A stretch of DNA of 39,752 nt from Escherichia phage Ebrios. A program made the position numbers and the translations under genes. The DNA lies in sequence record MG966531. One strand, given 5' to 3'. The notes beneath the pieces are model-generated. The model was not told the DNA's origin. It was given only the letters and a program-made list of their open reading frames with translations, and did not search any database. How positions within the stretch are numbered: the stretch's first letter is position 1; every line of letters begins with the position of its first letter. Positions 1 to 8,157 of the stretch are shown in pieces.

Positions 1-209
1 TCTCACAGTGAAGAAACCCAAAGTTCCCCCATAGGGTATCCCAAGGGCCGCCCCCCTCAATGGCCCCTTGAGACGCTTTGAGAGACCCTAAGGGATGGCC
101 TAAGGTTGACCATTGAGTGACCCTAAGGACTAGGCCTAGACCTAAGGGGAGACCATTAGAGGAGACTTTGAGGGGACATTGAGTGTCCTAGTGTCCCTAT
201 CTGTTACAA
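1..209 (+). repeat. Genome left end; putative direct terminal repeat region (right copy lies outside the window)
   Basis: Starts with TCTCACAGTG as at the T7 left end; ends near ...CCCTATCTGTTACA as the T7 terminal repeat does. Length cannot be verified without the right end. Confidence 0.45.
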
Positions 210-380
210 CCTCCTAAAGTATCCCATAAAGTCACCTCATAAAGTATCTCATAAAGCCACCTCATAACGTCCTTCCTAAAGCCAACACCTAAAGTCTACA
301 CCTAAAGACGCCATCGAGTAAAGGCCTATCTTAAAGTATCCCTAAAGCCAACACCTAAGGCCAACACCTAAAGATGCCTT
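210..380 (+). repeat. Array of short CCTAAAG / CATAAAG / CACCTAAAG heptamer-type repeats near the left end
   Basis: Repeated cctaaag, cataaag, acacctaaag motifs visible directly; T7 carries similar short repeats next to its terminal repeat. Confidence 0.6.
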
Positions 381-420
381 GTTGTTAGCCATAGAGAGAT
401 AATCTTAAAATCATTGTCTT

Positions 421-443
421 TAATACAACTCACTATAGAGAGA
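421..443 (+). promoter_or_regulatory. phiOL-like phage promoter variant (TAATACAACTCACTATAGAGAGA) fused to an (AG)n run
   Basis: Matches the T7 promoter 23-mer except G-to-A at -11 and at +2; followed by agagagagagag. Confidence 0.5.
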
Positions 444-498
444 GAGAGACCACTTAAAGACCTTAAAGGGATTAATTTAAGATTTAACAAAAAGAGTA

Positions 499-535
499 TT
501 GACTTTAGGTCTAGCCTATAGGATACTTTGAGCCA
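499..535 (+). promoter_or_regulatory. Host RNAP early promoter A1 (sigma70)
   Basis: TTGACT at 499-504, 17-bp spacer, GATACT at 522-527, then ATCGAGAGGGACACGGCGAA as in the T7 A1 transcript start. Confidence 0.75.
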
Positions 536-625
536 TCGAGAGGGACACGGCGAATAACCATCCCAATTGATACCGGAGTCGACCGGATAAGTAGACAGCC
601 TGATAAGTCATACGAAAAACAGGCA

Positions 626-661
626 TTGACACCGAGAGTAACCTAAAGTAATATAATCAGC
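626..661 (+). promoter_or_regulatory. Host RNAP early promoter A2 (sigma70)
   Basis: TTGACA at 626-631, 17-bp spacer, TAATAT at 649-654. Confidence 0.6.
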
Positions 662-723
662 GTCAACACCACGGTGGCCCTCTGAAACGATATTGAAGGC
701 GTCACGGCAAAGAAAACTAGGGG

Positions 724-760
724 TTGACACTGAACGAAACACGAAGTACACTGTAAGCAA
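724..760 (+). promoter_or_regulatory. Host RNAP early promoter A3 (sigma70)
   Basis: TTGACA at 724-729, 17-bp spacer, TACACT at 747-752. Confidence 0.55.
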
Positions 761-892
761 CTTAACGAAGACACCGAACGGCACGGTATACTGTCGGGCT
801 CAGGATGGATTCCCTCTTGTGGGATGAAAAAGTGGGCATGGCGAAGGCACGAACTGCTACGCACAAGTAGCTATACCCAACGCCGAACACTG

Positions 893-945
893 AATGACTA
901 ACTCAAGGTCGTTCGCTAAGAGCGGCCTTTATGATAGTCACTCAA
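893..945 (+). promoter_or_regulatory. RNase III processing hairpin (R0.3-like)
   Basis: aactcaaggtcg...cggcctttatgat motif, which recurs between early genes at 1430, 2195, 3400, 6655, 14011, 18404 and 36689. Confidence 0.6.
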
Positions 946-970
946 CGAACTAACAAGAGGTAACACCAAA

Positions 971-1426
971 ATGATTTTCACTAAAGAACCTGCTAACGTC
1001 TTCTATGTGCTGGTCTCTGCGTTCCGCTCAAACCTCGACGACGCTGAGAATATGAGCAGACACCGCCATATGGTTAGCACTTTACGTGCCGCAGAAGGTC
1101 TTTATGGCTCCATTGAGTCAACCGATTTGACCGGATGCTATCGTGAGGAAATCGCAAGCGCACCGACTGAGGAAAAAACTGTACGTGTACGCTGCAAGGA
1201 CAAGGTGCAGGCACTCAATGTTGCACGTCTAGCTTGCAATGAGTGGGAACAAGATTGTGTGCTGGTATACAACTCCCAGACTCACACTGCCAGCCTGATG
1301 TACGCTAAAGGTCTCGATGGGTATAAGACCGAACGTCTGGGTAGCTTCCAAGAAGTACCTAAAGGCGCACCGCTGCAAGGCTGCTACACGATTGACGAGT
1401 TTGGCCGCCGCTGGCAAGTGCAATAA
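971..1426 (+). CDS. 0.3: Gene 0.3, T3-type S-adenosylmethionine-degrading enzyme (SAMase; anti-restriction)
   Basis: 151-aa ORF MIFTKEPANVFYVLVSAFRSNL... closely resembles the T3 gp0.3 SAMase as I remember it, not the 117-aa T7 Ocr; RBS AGAGG upstream. Confidence 0.85.
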   Translation: MIFTKEPANVFYVLVSAFRSNLDDAENMSRHRHMVSTLRAAEGLYGSIESTDLTGCYREEIASAPTEEKTVRVRCKDKVQALNVARLACNEWEQDCVLVYNSQTHTASLMYAKGLDGYKTERLGSFQEVPKGAPLQGCYTIDEFGRRWQVQ

Positions 1427-1429
1427 GTG

Positions 1430-1482
1430 ATAAACTCAAGGTCGTGCACGATGCGTGGCCTTTATGATTATCACTTTGGAAC
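1430..1482 (+). promoter_or_regulatory. RNase III processing hairpin (R0.5-like)
   Basis: aactcaaggtcgtgcacgatgcgtggcctttatgatt shares the recurring hairpin motif. Confidence 0.6.
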
Positions 1483-1501
1483 AACGCACGGGACTACTGT
1501 C

Positions 1502-1639
1502 ATGCTGAAACATTACGTTATGCCAATCAGGCACTCCACTGGTGCCACTGTATGCACTCCTGATGGGTTCGCAATGAAAGCGCGTATCGAGCGCCTTAAG
1601 CGTGAACTCCGCACCAATCGCAAACTGAACAACATCTGA
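1502..1639 (+). CDS. 0.5: Gene 0.5-like small early protein
   Basis: MLKHYVMPIRHSTGATVCTPDGFAMKARIERLKRELRTNRKLNNI resembles T7 gp0.5; the first in-frame ATG lies after the RNase III hairpin. Weak RBS. Confidence 0.5.
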   Translation: MLKHYVMPIRHSTGATVCTPDGFAMKARIERLKRELRTNRKLNNI

Positions 1640-1669
1640 TAACACACACACAACCTGAGGTAACACACT

Positions 1670-2194
1670 ATGAAACGCAATGCTAACGCTTATTATGAAC
1701 TGCTGGCCGCTGCCGTTGAGGCATTCAATGTGCGCATCCAAGAAGACCAATTGACCGAGCACCACGATTATCACGCTGCCTTGCACGAAGTGGTTGACAA
1801 GATGGTTCCGCACTGTTACTGGGAAATCTTCATGGTCATGGCCGCTGATGGTATTGACGTTGAGTTTGACGACGCTGGACAGATGCCAGACACCAAGGAC
1901 GTTACCCGAATCCTGCAAGCTCGCATCTATGAGGCGCTATATAACGACGTGCCTAGCGATAGTGGGATTGAATGGTACGAAGGCGAGGAGGAGGAGGAGT
2001 CTGAGGAGCCCTGCGAGTGGTACGTAATCAATGACGAGGAGTCTGGCCCGTATGTTGTGGCCTATTACGACTCACTAGAGGCAGCCATTGAGGCAGCCAA
2101 TGAGCGATACAACACGCTTGGCAAGCGGTGCCACGTTGAGGACGATGTCAGCTCAGAAGTGCTTTACAAGCCGGTTCCTACTGCTAACGAGTGA
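1670..2194 (+). CDS. Strongly acidic early protein of unknown function (gene 0.6 position)
   Basis: 174-aa ORF with RBS TGAGGT; contains the run EGEEEEESEEPCE. I do not recognise it as a T7 protein. Confidence 0.7.
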   Translation: MKRNANAYYELLAAAVEAFNVRIQEDQLTEHHDYHAALHEVVDKMVPHCYWEIFMVMAADGIDVEFDDAGQMPDTKDVTRILQARIYEALYNDVPSDSGIEWYEGEEEEESEEPCEWYVINDEESGPYVVAYYDSLEAAIEAANERYNTLGKRCHVEDDVSSEVLYKPVPTANE

Positions 2195-2240
2195 TAGCCT
2201 AAAGGTCGTTCTTTAATGAGCGGCCTTTATGATTACCACT
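2195..2240 (+). promoter_or_regulatory. RNase III processing hairpin (R0.7-like)
   Basis: cctaaaggtcgttctttaatgagcggcctttatgatt. Confidence 0.55.
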
Positions 2241-2268
2241 TGCAACCAATCATAAGGACAAACTTGAA

Positions 2269-3387
2269 ATGAACGTTAACGCAATCTCCGCCCGTGTCTC
2301 TGAAATTGCTGCTCTAGGTATCTCTGAGTTGACCAAGCGTCAGCTTATGTTGGTGGAGCTGGTTGCCGACATTGTAAACCACGAAACGGAAAACGGCTAC
2401 TTGACCATGAAAGAAGGCAACCTTCCGCTCACTATGATGCCCTATTGGAACAGCCTGATGATTTACTTGGATGATGCGGGCTTTGAGCTGCTGGGCAATG
2501 GTCACTTTTCGGCTGCCTTTAAGCACCACCTTCTGCCGCAAAAGGTTATCAAGGTGGGATTCAAAAAGGAGGACTCTGGGGCCGCCTATGCCGCGTTCTG
2601 CCGCATGAACCAAGGCAAGCAGGGTATACCTACCATCCACAACATTCAACGCCACGCTGGCTGCTACACTGTTGTCCTTGACGAGCTGCGCCCACTGGTG
2701 ACAACCCTATGGGGAGACGTTGACGAGAACTACGAAGACGAAAACGTGGTTGACCAGTTCAACACTGTGCGCGGGATTATCTCTTGCAACGAGACCTTTG
2801 GCGGTGGCGCTGACCAGCTCCTTGATGCTTTAGCGGAAACCGCAAAGGAAATCCGCAAGTTCTTCGACGGTATCGCAAGTTTCGATATGCACTCAGGGAA
2901 CGCAATGGTTGACCACAACGGGCACGTTATCATCACTGACCCCGTGTCTTTCACTGACAAGGCCGTCGAACATTCTCGGGACGGCTTTATGATTGACCCT
3001 GAGGAACTGCTTAAGGAAATCGAACAGCTTGCTGAGCTGCGAATAATTGAGCGATGCCGTGAGCGCAAGGCTAAGCGTGACCCGAAGGGACAATTCCGGC
3101 TCGACCTCAAGCAGCGCCAAAAGCGCCGCAAGGAATACAAGAAGGCCGAGCGCTTTTGGAAACGGGACGCTGCCAAGCGGGCACTCAAGGCGCACAACAG
3201 AAACGTGGCCTTTAAAGAGCTGGGCAGCACTCTCTGGATGAAAGCCTACTTCAACCTCCCCGATGCAAAGATGGTCGAAATGGAGGCGCAAATTGCCGCC
3301 AAGGTCGCTAACCGCAACCACAAAGCAATTGCACTGGGTCAGGCTCTCGACATTGACAAAGAACTTGATGCAATGTTTCAAGGTTAA
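2269..3387 (+). CDS. 0.7: Gene 0.7 Ser/Thr protein kinase / host transcription shut-off protein
   Basis: 372 aa; conserved LGNGHFSAA...KVGFKKEDSGAAY..FCRM..G..GIP......RHAGCYTVVLD block as in T7 gp0.7. Confidence 0.9.
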   Translation: MNVNAISARVSEIAALGISELTKRQLMLVELVADIVNHETENGYLTMKEGNLPLTMMPYWNSLMIYLDDAGFELLGNGHFSAAFKHHLLPQKVIKVGFKKEDSGAAYAAFCRMNQGKQGIPTIHNIQRHAGCYTVVLDELRPLVTTLWGDVDENYEDENVVDQFNTVRGIISCNETFGGGADQLLDALAETAKEIRKFFDGIASFDMHSGNAMVDHNGHVIITDPVSFTDKAVEHSRDGFMIDPEELLKEIEQLAELRIIERCRERKAKRDPKGQFRLDLKQRQKRRKEYKKAERFWKRDAAKRALKAHNRNVAFKELGSTLWMKAYFNLPDAKMVEMEAQIAAKVANRNHKAIALGQALDIDKELDAMFQG

Positions 3388-3399
3388 CAATGAGTCTTA

Positions 3400-3440
3400 T
3401 CTTCAAGGTCACTGCGGTGGCCTTTATAGGTACGATTTAC
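3400..3440 (+). promoter_or_regulatory. RNase III processing hairpin (R1-like)
   Basis: cttcaaggtcactgcggtggcctttatagg. Confidence 0.55.
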
Positions 3441-3459
3441 CAACACAACGAGGCACAAA

Positions 3460-6111
3460 ATGACTGTAATCGCAATCGAAAAGAACGACTTCTCCGACGT
3501 TGAGCTGGCTGTTATCCCGTTCAACACACTGGCAGACCACTACGGTGAGAAGCTGGCCCGCGAGCAGTTGGCACTTGAGCACGAAGCTTATGAAATGGGT
3601 GAGGCTCGTTTCCGCAAGATATTCGAGCGTCAGCTTAAGGCTGGTGAGGTTGCCGATAACGCTGCCGCTAAGCCGCTGGTCGCAACCCTGCTCCCCAAGA
3701 TGATTGAGCGAATCAACATTTGGTTCGAGGAGGTTTCCGCTAAGCGTGGCAAGCGCCCGACTGCCTTTAAGTTCCTGCAAGAGGTCAAGCCCGAGGCTAT
3801 CGCTTACATCACCATCAAGACCGTTCTGGGTGCTCTGACCAGTGCTGAGCAAACCACTGTGCAAGCCGCTGCGTCTGCTGTTGGTCGCGCCATTGAGGAC
3901 GAAGCCCGCTTTGGTCGCATCCGTGACCTTGAGGCTAAGCACTTCAAGAAGAACGTGGAGGAACAGCTCAACAAGCGCGTGGGCAACGTCTACAAGAAGG
4001 CTTTCCTGCAAGTGGTTGAGGCTGATATGCTGAGCAAGGGACTGATGGGTGGCGAAGCGTGGTCTAGCTGGCACAAAGAGGACTCCATTCATGTTGGTGT
4101 GCGTTGCATCGAAATGCTCATTGAGTCAACCGGTCTGGTCGTCCTTGAGCGTCAAAACGCTGGCGTTGTTGGCGCTGATGCTGAGACCCTGAGCCTTGCC
4201 TCTGAGTACGCTGACGCAATCGCCACCCGCGCTGGTGCTCTTGCTGGTATCTCCCCAATGTATCAACCTTGTGTAGTTCCGCCGAAGCCTTGGACAACCG
4301 TGACTGGCGGAGGCTACTGGGCTAACGGTCGTCGTCCGCTGGCTCTGGTGCGTACCCACGGCAAGAAGGCGCTGATGCGCTATGAGGACGTTTACATGCC
4401 TGAGGTTTACAAGGCGGTCAACCTTGCACAAGCCACCGCATGGAAAATCAACAAGAAGGTGCTGGCGGTAGCCAACGAGATTACCAAGTGGAAGCACTGC
4501 CCTGTTGAGGACATTCCGGCAATCGAGCGCGAGGAGTTGCCTGTTAAACCGGACGACATAGACGAGAACCCTGAGGCGCTGACCAACTGGAAACGCGCTG
4601 CTGCTGCTGTGTACCGCAAGGACAAGGCCCGCAAGTCTCGCCGTCTGTCCCTTGAGTTTATGCTTGAGCAGGCCAACAAGTTCGCAAACCACAAGGCCAT
4701 TTGGTTCCCTTACAACATGGACTGGCGTGGTCGCGTTTACGCGGTCTCCATGTTCAACCCGCAAGGCAACGATATGACCAAGGGCTTGCTGACTCTGGCT
4801 AAGGGCAAGGCAATCGGTAAGGAAGGTTTCTACTGGCTGAAAATCCACGGTGCAAACTGTGCTGGTGTCGATAAGGTTCCGTTCCCTGAGCGCATCAAGT
4901 TTATCGAAGACAACCACGAGCACATCATGGCGTCTGCTAAGAACCCGCTTGAGTACACTTGGTGGGCCGAACAGGATAGCCCGTTCTGCTTCCTTGCGTT
5001 CTGCTTTGAGTACGCTGGTGTGATGCACCACGGCTTGTCTTACAACTGCTCTCTGCCGCTGGCGTTCGATGGCTCCTGCTCTGGTATCCAGCACTTCTCC
5101 GCGATGCTGCGAGACGAAGTTGGTGGCCGTGCGGTGAACCTGCTCCCGAGCGAGACCGTGCAGGACATTTACGGCATCGTAGCCAAGAAGGTGAACGAAA
5201 TCCTGCAACGCGATGTTATCTCTGGCACCGATGACGAGTTGGTCACTGAAACCGACAAGACCACTGGGGAAATCACTGAGAAAACCGTACTGGGCACTCG
5301 CACTCTGGCGGGCCAGTGGCTGGCCTATGGGGTCAACCGTAGCGTGACCAAACGTTCCGTAATGACTCTGGCGTATGGCTCCAAGGAGTTCGGTTTCCGT
5401 CAGCAAGTCCTTGAGGACACTATCCGTCCGGCTATCGACTCCGGCAAGGGCCTGATGTTCACCATCCCGAACCAAGCGGCTGGCTACATGGCTAAGCTGA
5501 TTTGGGACTCTGTGAGTGTGACCGTGGTTGCTGCGGTAGAGGCCATGAAGTGGCTCCAAAGCGCCGCTAAACTGCTGGCCGCTGAGGTCAAGGACAAGAA
5601 GACTGGCGAGGTTCTGCGTAACCGCTGCGCTGTTCACTGGGTAACTCCCGATGGTTTCCCTGTGTGGCAGGAGTACCGCAAGCCGCTGCAAACCCGTCTG
5701 AACCTGATGTTCCTCGGTCAGTTCCGCTTGCAGCCAACCATCAACACCAACAAGGACTCTGGGATTGACGCGCACAAGCAGGAGTCGGGCATTGCGCCTA
5801 ACTTCGTTCACTCTCAGGACGGCTCTCACCTGCGCAAGACCGTAGTATGGGCTCACGAAAAGTACGGCATCGAGTCTTTCGCTCTGATTCACGACTCTTT
5901 CGGCACCATTCCGGCTGACGCTGGCAACCTGTTCAAGGCTGTGCGTGAGACAATGGTTGACACCTACGAGAACTGCGATGTTCTGGCTGACTTCTACGAG
6001 CAGTTTGCAGACCAGCTCCACGAGTCCCAACTGGACAAGATGCCTGCTCTGCCGAAGAAAGGTAACCTGAACCTGCGAGACATTCTTGAGTCTGACTTTG
6101 CATTCGCTTAA
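3460..6111 (+). CDS. 1: Gene 1, single-subunit DNA-dependent RNA polymerase of T7 specificity
   Basis: 883 aa, near-collinear with T7 RNAP as I remember it, including the C-terminal ...LRDILESDFAFA; the PTINTNKDS region matches T7 rather than T3, consistent with the CGACT promoters. Confidence 0.98.
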   Translation: MTVIAIEKNDFSDVELAVIPFNTLADHYGEKLAREQLALEHEAYEMGEARFRKIFERQLKAGEVADNAAAKPLVATLLPKMIERINIWFEEVSAKRGKRPTAFKFLQEVKPEAIAYITIKTVLGALTSAEQTTVQAAASAVGRAIEDEARFGRIRDLEAKHFKKNVEEQLNKRVGNVYKKAFLQVVEADMLSKGLMGGEAWSSWHKEDSIHVGVRCIEMLIESTGLVVLERQNAGVVGADAETLSLASEYADAIATRAGALAGISPMYQPCVVPPKPWTTVTGGGYWANGRRPLALVRTHGKKALMRYEDVYMPEVYKAVNLAQATAWKINKKVLAVANEITKWKHCPVEDIPAIEREELPVKPDDIDENPEALTNWKRAAAAVYRKDKARKSRRLSLEFMLEQANKFANHKAIWFPYNMDWRGRVYAVSMFNPQGNDMTKGLLTLAKGKAIGKEGFYWLKIHGANCAGVDKVPFPERIKFIEDNHEHIMASAKNPLEYTWWAEQDSPFCFLAFCFEYAGVMHHGLSYNCSLPLAFDGSCSGIQHFSAMLRDEVGGRAVNLLPSETVQDIYGIVAKKVNEILQRDVISGTDDELVTETDKTTGEITEKTVLGTRTLAGQWLAYGVNRSVTKRSVMTLAYGSKEFGFRQQVLEDTIRPAIDSGKGLMFTIPNQAAGYMAKLIWDSVSVTVVAAVEAMKWLQSAAKLLAAEVKDKKTGEVLRNRCAVHWVTPDGFPVWQEYRKPLQTRLNLMFLGQFRLQPTINTNKDSGIDAHKQESGIAPNFVHSQDGSHLRKTVVWAHEKYGIESFALIHDSFGTIPADAGNLFKAVRETMVDTYENCDVLADFYEQFADQLHESQLDKMPALPKKGNLNLRDILESDFAFA

Positions 6112-6131
6112 TACGACTCACTATAAGGAGC
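6109..6131 (+). promoter_or_regulatory. Phage promoter phi1.1A (variant, A at +1)
   Basis: TAATACGACTCACTATAAGGAGC, overlapping the gene 1 stop codon. Confidence 0.7.
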
Positions 6132-6146
6132 TCCCGATGGTGGTCT

Positions 6147-6169
6147 TAATACGACTCACTATTGGGAGA
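6147..6169 (+). promoter_or_regulatory. Phage promoter phi1.1B
   Basis: TAATACGACTCACTATTGGGAGACC; the same 25-mer recurs at 8135. Confidence 0.75.
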
Positions 6170-6259
6170 CCTTAAGGTTCTACTTTAAGACCCTTAAGAC
6201 TCTTACTTTAAGATTTAATTTAAGACCAAATTTAAGACTTACTCTAAGGAGACTTTAAG
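6165..6259 (+). other. AT-rich region downstream of phi1.1A/B; putative primary replication origin
   Basis: Runs of ttaag / tttaag repeats in an AT-rich stretch directly after the two promoters, where the T7 primary origin lies. Confidence 0.4.
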
Positions 6260-6382
6260 ATGCGTAACTTCGAGAAATTCACCAAGCGTTCTTCCCGCAA
6301 AGACTTCGCTGAGTTCGCCCAAGAGGGACGCAAGATGAACAAGGTCAAGCGTGACCGTTCTCACAAACGCAACTGGGCATAA
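6260..6382 (+). CDS. 1.1: Gene 1.1 small basic protein
   Basis: 40 aa, MRNFEKFTKRSSRKDF...KRDRSHKRNWA, close to T7 gp1.1; RBS TAAGGAG. Below the size cutoff of the ORF track. Confidence 0.75.
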   Translation: MRNFEKFTKRSSRKDFAEFAQEGRKMNKVKRDRSHKRNWA

Positions 6383-6392
6383 GGAGGTCTTT

Positions 6393-6632
6393 ATGGCACT
6401 CGATGTGATGTTCTTTGAGAACCGCCTCAATAAGCTGGCCGCCTACGCTAACAGCATTGGTCTGCGCCTCCGGTGGATGAACGAGCCGATGACCCTATCG
6501 CTGCGCGTGGGAATCTTTGAGCTAGGCTCTCAGGAGCCGCTTGCAGAGAAGACGTTCGAGTGGGGCGCTAGTAGCCTTGACGTAGAACGCTGGGTCGCCA
6601 CGGTCTGCAAGGACTACGCAAGCTGGAACTAA
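6393..6632 (+). CDS. 1.2: Gene 1.2-like protein (by position; possible host dGTPase inhibitor)
   Basis: 79 aa starting MALDVMFFENRLNKL; RBS AAGGAGG 6 nt upstream. The upstream extension from 6351 in the ORF track overlaps gene 1.1 and has no RBS. Confidence 0.65.
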   Translation: MALDVMFFENRLNKLAAYANSIGLRLRWMNEPMTLSLRVGIFELGSQEPLAEKTFEWGASSLDVERWVATVCKDYASWN

Positions 6633-6652
6633 TACGACTCACTATCGAGGAA
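6630..6652 (+). promoter_or_regulatory. Phage promoter phi1.3 (variant)
   Basis: TAATACGACTCACTATCGAGGAA, overlapping the gene 1.2 stop. Confidence 0.6.
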
Positions 6653-6654
6653 GA

Positions 6655-6700
6655 ATGCCCAAGGTCGCTCGCTGAGTGGCCTTCATCATTCTACTCAACA
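6655..6700 (+). promoter_or_regulatory. RNase III processing hairpin (R1.3-like)
   Basis: gcccaaggtcgctcgctgagtggccttcatcatt. Confidence 0.55.
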
Positions 6701-6720
6701 ACCTGCAAGGGAGAATCGTT

Positions 6721-7743
6721 ATGATGAACATCAAGACCAACCCATACAAAGCTGTGTCCTTCAACGAGAAATCCGTTGAGAAGGCGCTCAAGCGTTCGCA
6801 CTACCTGATTGCTGACATCAAGTATGATGGTGTGCGCGGGAACACTCTGGTCAAACCGTCTCAAGGTGCTTGCTGGCTCTCTCGGGTATCGAAACCGATT
6901 CCGGCGATTGAGCACCTGAACGATGGCGCTGCCCGTTGGGACAACCTGCTCAAGGACAACCGCTGCATGTTCCCGACTGGCTTTATGCTCGATGGCGAGC
7001 TGATGGTTGACGGTGTGGATTTCAACACTGGCTCCGGCCTGCTGCGAACCAAGTGGCTAGACTCCAAGAATCAGGAGTTCCATAATGAGTTCCTGCCGCG
7101 CAATGTCAAGAAGTCCGAGAAGATTCCGTTCCGTCTGGACGCTGGCCTGCTCAAGGTCGTAATTTACGCTGTGCTCCCGATTGAAGTGGTGGAGTCCGGC
7201 GATGACTATCCGGTCAAGAACCTGCTGATGCAGGAACACGTCAAGAACATGCTGCCTCTGCTCCGCGCTCACTTCCCTGAGATTAGCTGGCAAGCGGCTG
7301 AGTCCCATGAGGTGTACGATATGACCGAACTGTCTGCACTGTACGAAATGAAACGCGAGGAGGGTCACGAAGGTCTCATTGTGAAAGACCCGAGCGACAT
7401 CTACAAGCGCGGCAAGAAGTCTGGGTGGTACAAACTTAAGCCGGAACAAGAGGCTGACGGCATCATCCAAGGCGTCAACTGGGGAACAAAGGGCTTAGCC
7501 AACGAGGGCAAGGTAATCGGCTTTAGTGTGCTTCTTGAGTCTGGCCGTCTGGTAGATGCCAACAACGTCTCACGCGTGCTGATGGACGAGTTCACCGCCA
7601 ACGTTAAGGAGCACGGTGCGGACTATTACAACGGCTGGCAGTGCCAGATTGCCTATATGGAGGAGACCAAAGATGGCTCACTGCGTCACCCGTCTTTCAG
7701 TTGCTTCCGAGGAACTGAGGACAATCCAACAGAGAAGATATAA
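6721..7743 (+). CDS. 1.3: Gene 1.3 ATP-dependent DNA ligase
   Basis: Starts MMNIKTNPYKAVSF; active-site lysine motif IADIKYDGVRG; ends ...SLRHPSF..FRGTEDNP.EK as T7 ligase does. Confidence 0.95.
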   Translation: MMNIKTNPYKAVSFNEKSVEKALKRSHYLIADIKYDGVRGNTLVKPSQGACWLSRVSKPIPAIEHLNDGAARWDNLLKDNRCMFPTGFMLDGELMVDGVDFNTGSGLLRTKWLDSKNQEFHNEFLPRNVKKSEKIPFRLDAGLLKVVIYAVLPIEVVESGDDYPVKNLLMQEHVKNMLPLLRAHFPEISWQAAESHEVYDMTELSALYEMKREEGHEGLIVKDPSDIYKRGKKSGWYKLKPEQEADGIIQGVNWGTKGLANEGKVIGFSVLLESGRLVDANNVSRVLMDEFTANVKEHGADYYNGWQCQIAYMEETKDGSLRHPSFSCFRGTEDNPTEKI

Positions 7744-8137
7744 GCTAGACCCTGCGGCTCCTTCCGGAGTCGCTTCTTCCAAAGGTAAGCCGATTGGCTC
7801 ACGAAGAAAGGATGGCTACTGGGTTCTGTCCTGTGGTGGCAAGCACATCCTTGCGCATAGGGTAGTCTGGGTGCTTCACAATGGGCCAATACCTGATGGC
7901 TTGGTCATTGACCACATCAACAGGAATCCTAGTGACAACCGGATAGAGAACCTACGATGCGTACCGCAATCGGTGAACCTTGCGAACGTCAGTGTTCGGC
8001 CACATTGTAAGAGCGGCGAGAAGTACATTGCGTTCGATAGTAGAACTGGTCGATTCACTGTGAGAATCAGGCGGGTTAACCACGGAACCTTCGCCACTCT
8101 TGAGGAGGCGATAGCGAAGCGCGACTCTGTGATGTAA
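7673..8137 (+). CDS. HNH homing endonuclease with C-terminal AP2-like DNA-binding domain
   Basis: HNH motif HRVVWVLHNGPIPDGLVIDHINRNPSDNRIENLR....N and C-terminal GEKYIAFDSRTGRFTVRIRRVNHGTFATLEEA. ATG at 7673 has RBS GGAGGAG; the open frame extends up to the GTG at 7616, so the exact start is uncertain. Confidence 0.8.
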   Translation: MAHCVTRLSVASEELRTIQQRRYKLDPAAPSGVASSKGKPIGSRRKDGYWVLSCGGKHILAHRVVWVLHNGPIPDGLVIDHINRNPSDNRIENLRCVPQSVNLANVSVRPHCKSGEKYIAFDSRTGRFTVRIRRVNHGTFATLEEAIAKRDSVM

Positions 8138-8157
8138 TACGACTCACTATTGGGAGA
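8135..8157 (+). promoter_or_regulatory. Phage promoter, exact duplicate of the phi1.1B 25-mer
   Basis: TAATACGACTCACTATTGGGAGACC, overlapping the HNH stop codon. Confidence 0.7.

Noticed and set aside
643-864. 73-aa minus-strand ORF in the early promoter region
   Set aside because: It overlaps the A2/A3 promoter elements, is on the untranscribed strand, and has no RBS.
1427-1501. Upstream extension of the 0.5-like ORF from a GTG start at 1427
   Set aside because: The extension lies within the RNase III hairpin and has no RBS; the ATG at 1502 gives a product matching T7 gp0.5.
1794-2027. Alternative-frame + strand ORFs nested inside confirmed genes (this one, and others such as 3047-3241, 16106-16360, 17507-17944, 19482-19700)
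   Set aside because: No RBS; Arg/Ser/Pro-rich translations typical of out-of-frame reading of GC-rich coding sequence. Only the gene 4 and gene 18.5 nested ORFs had supporting signals.
4126-6030. 634-aa ORF on the minus strand, antisense to the RNA polymerase gene
   Set aside because: It is fully antisense to a conserved, well-supported gene. T7-group genomes are transcribed only rightward, and no promoter or RBS is present on this strand. Long antisense ORFs are expected from the codon bias here.
6351-6392. Upstream extension of gene 1.2 starting at 6351
   Set aside because: It overlaps gene 1.1 in another frame, whereas the ATG at 6393 has a strong AAGGAGG RBS.
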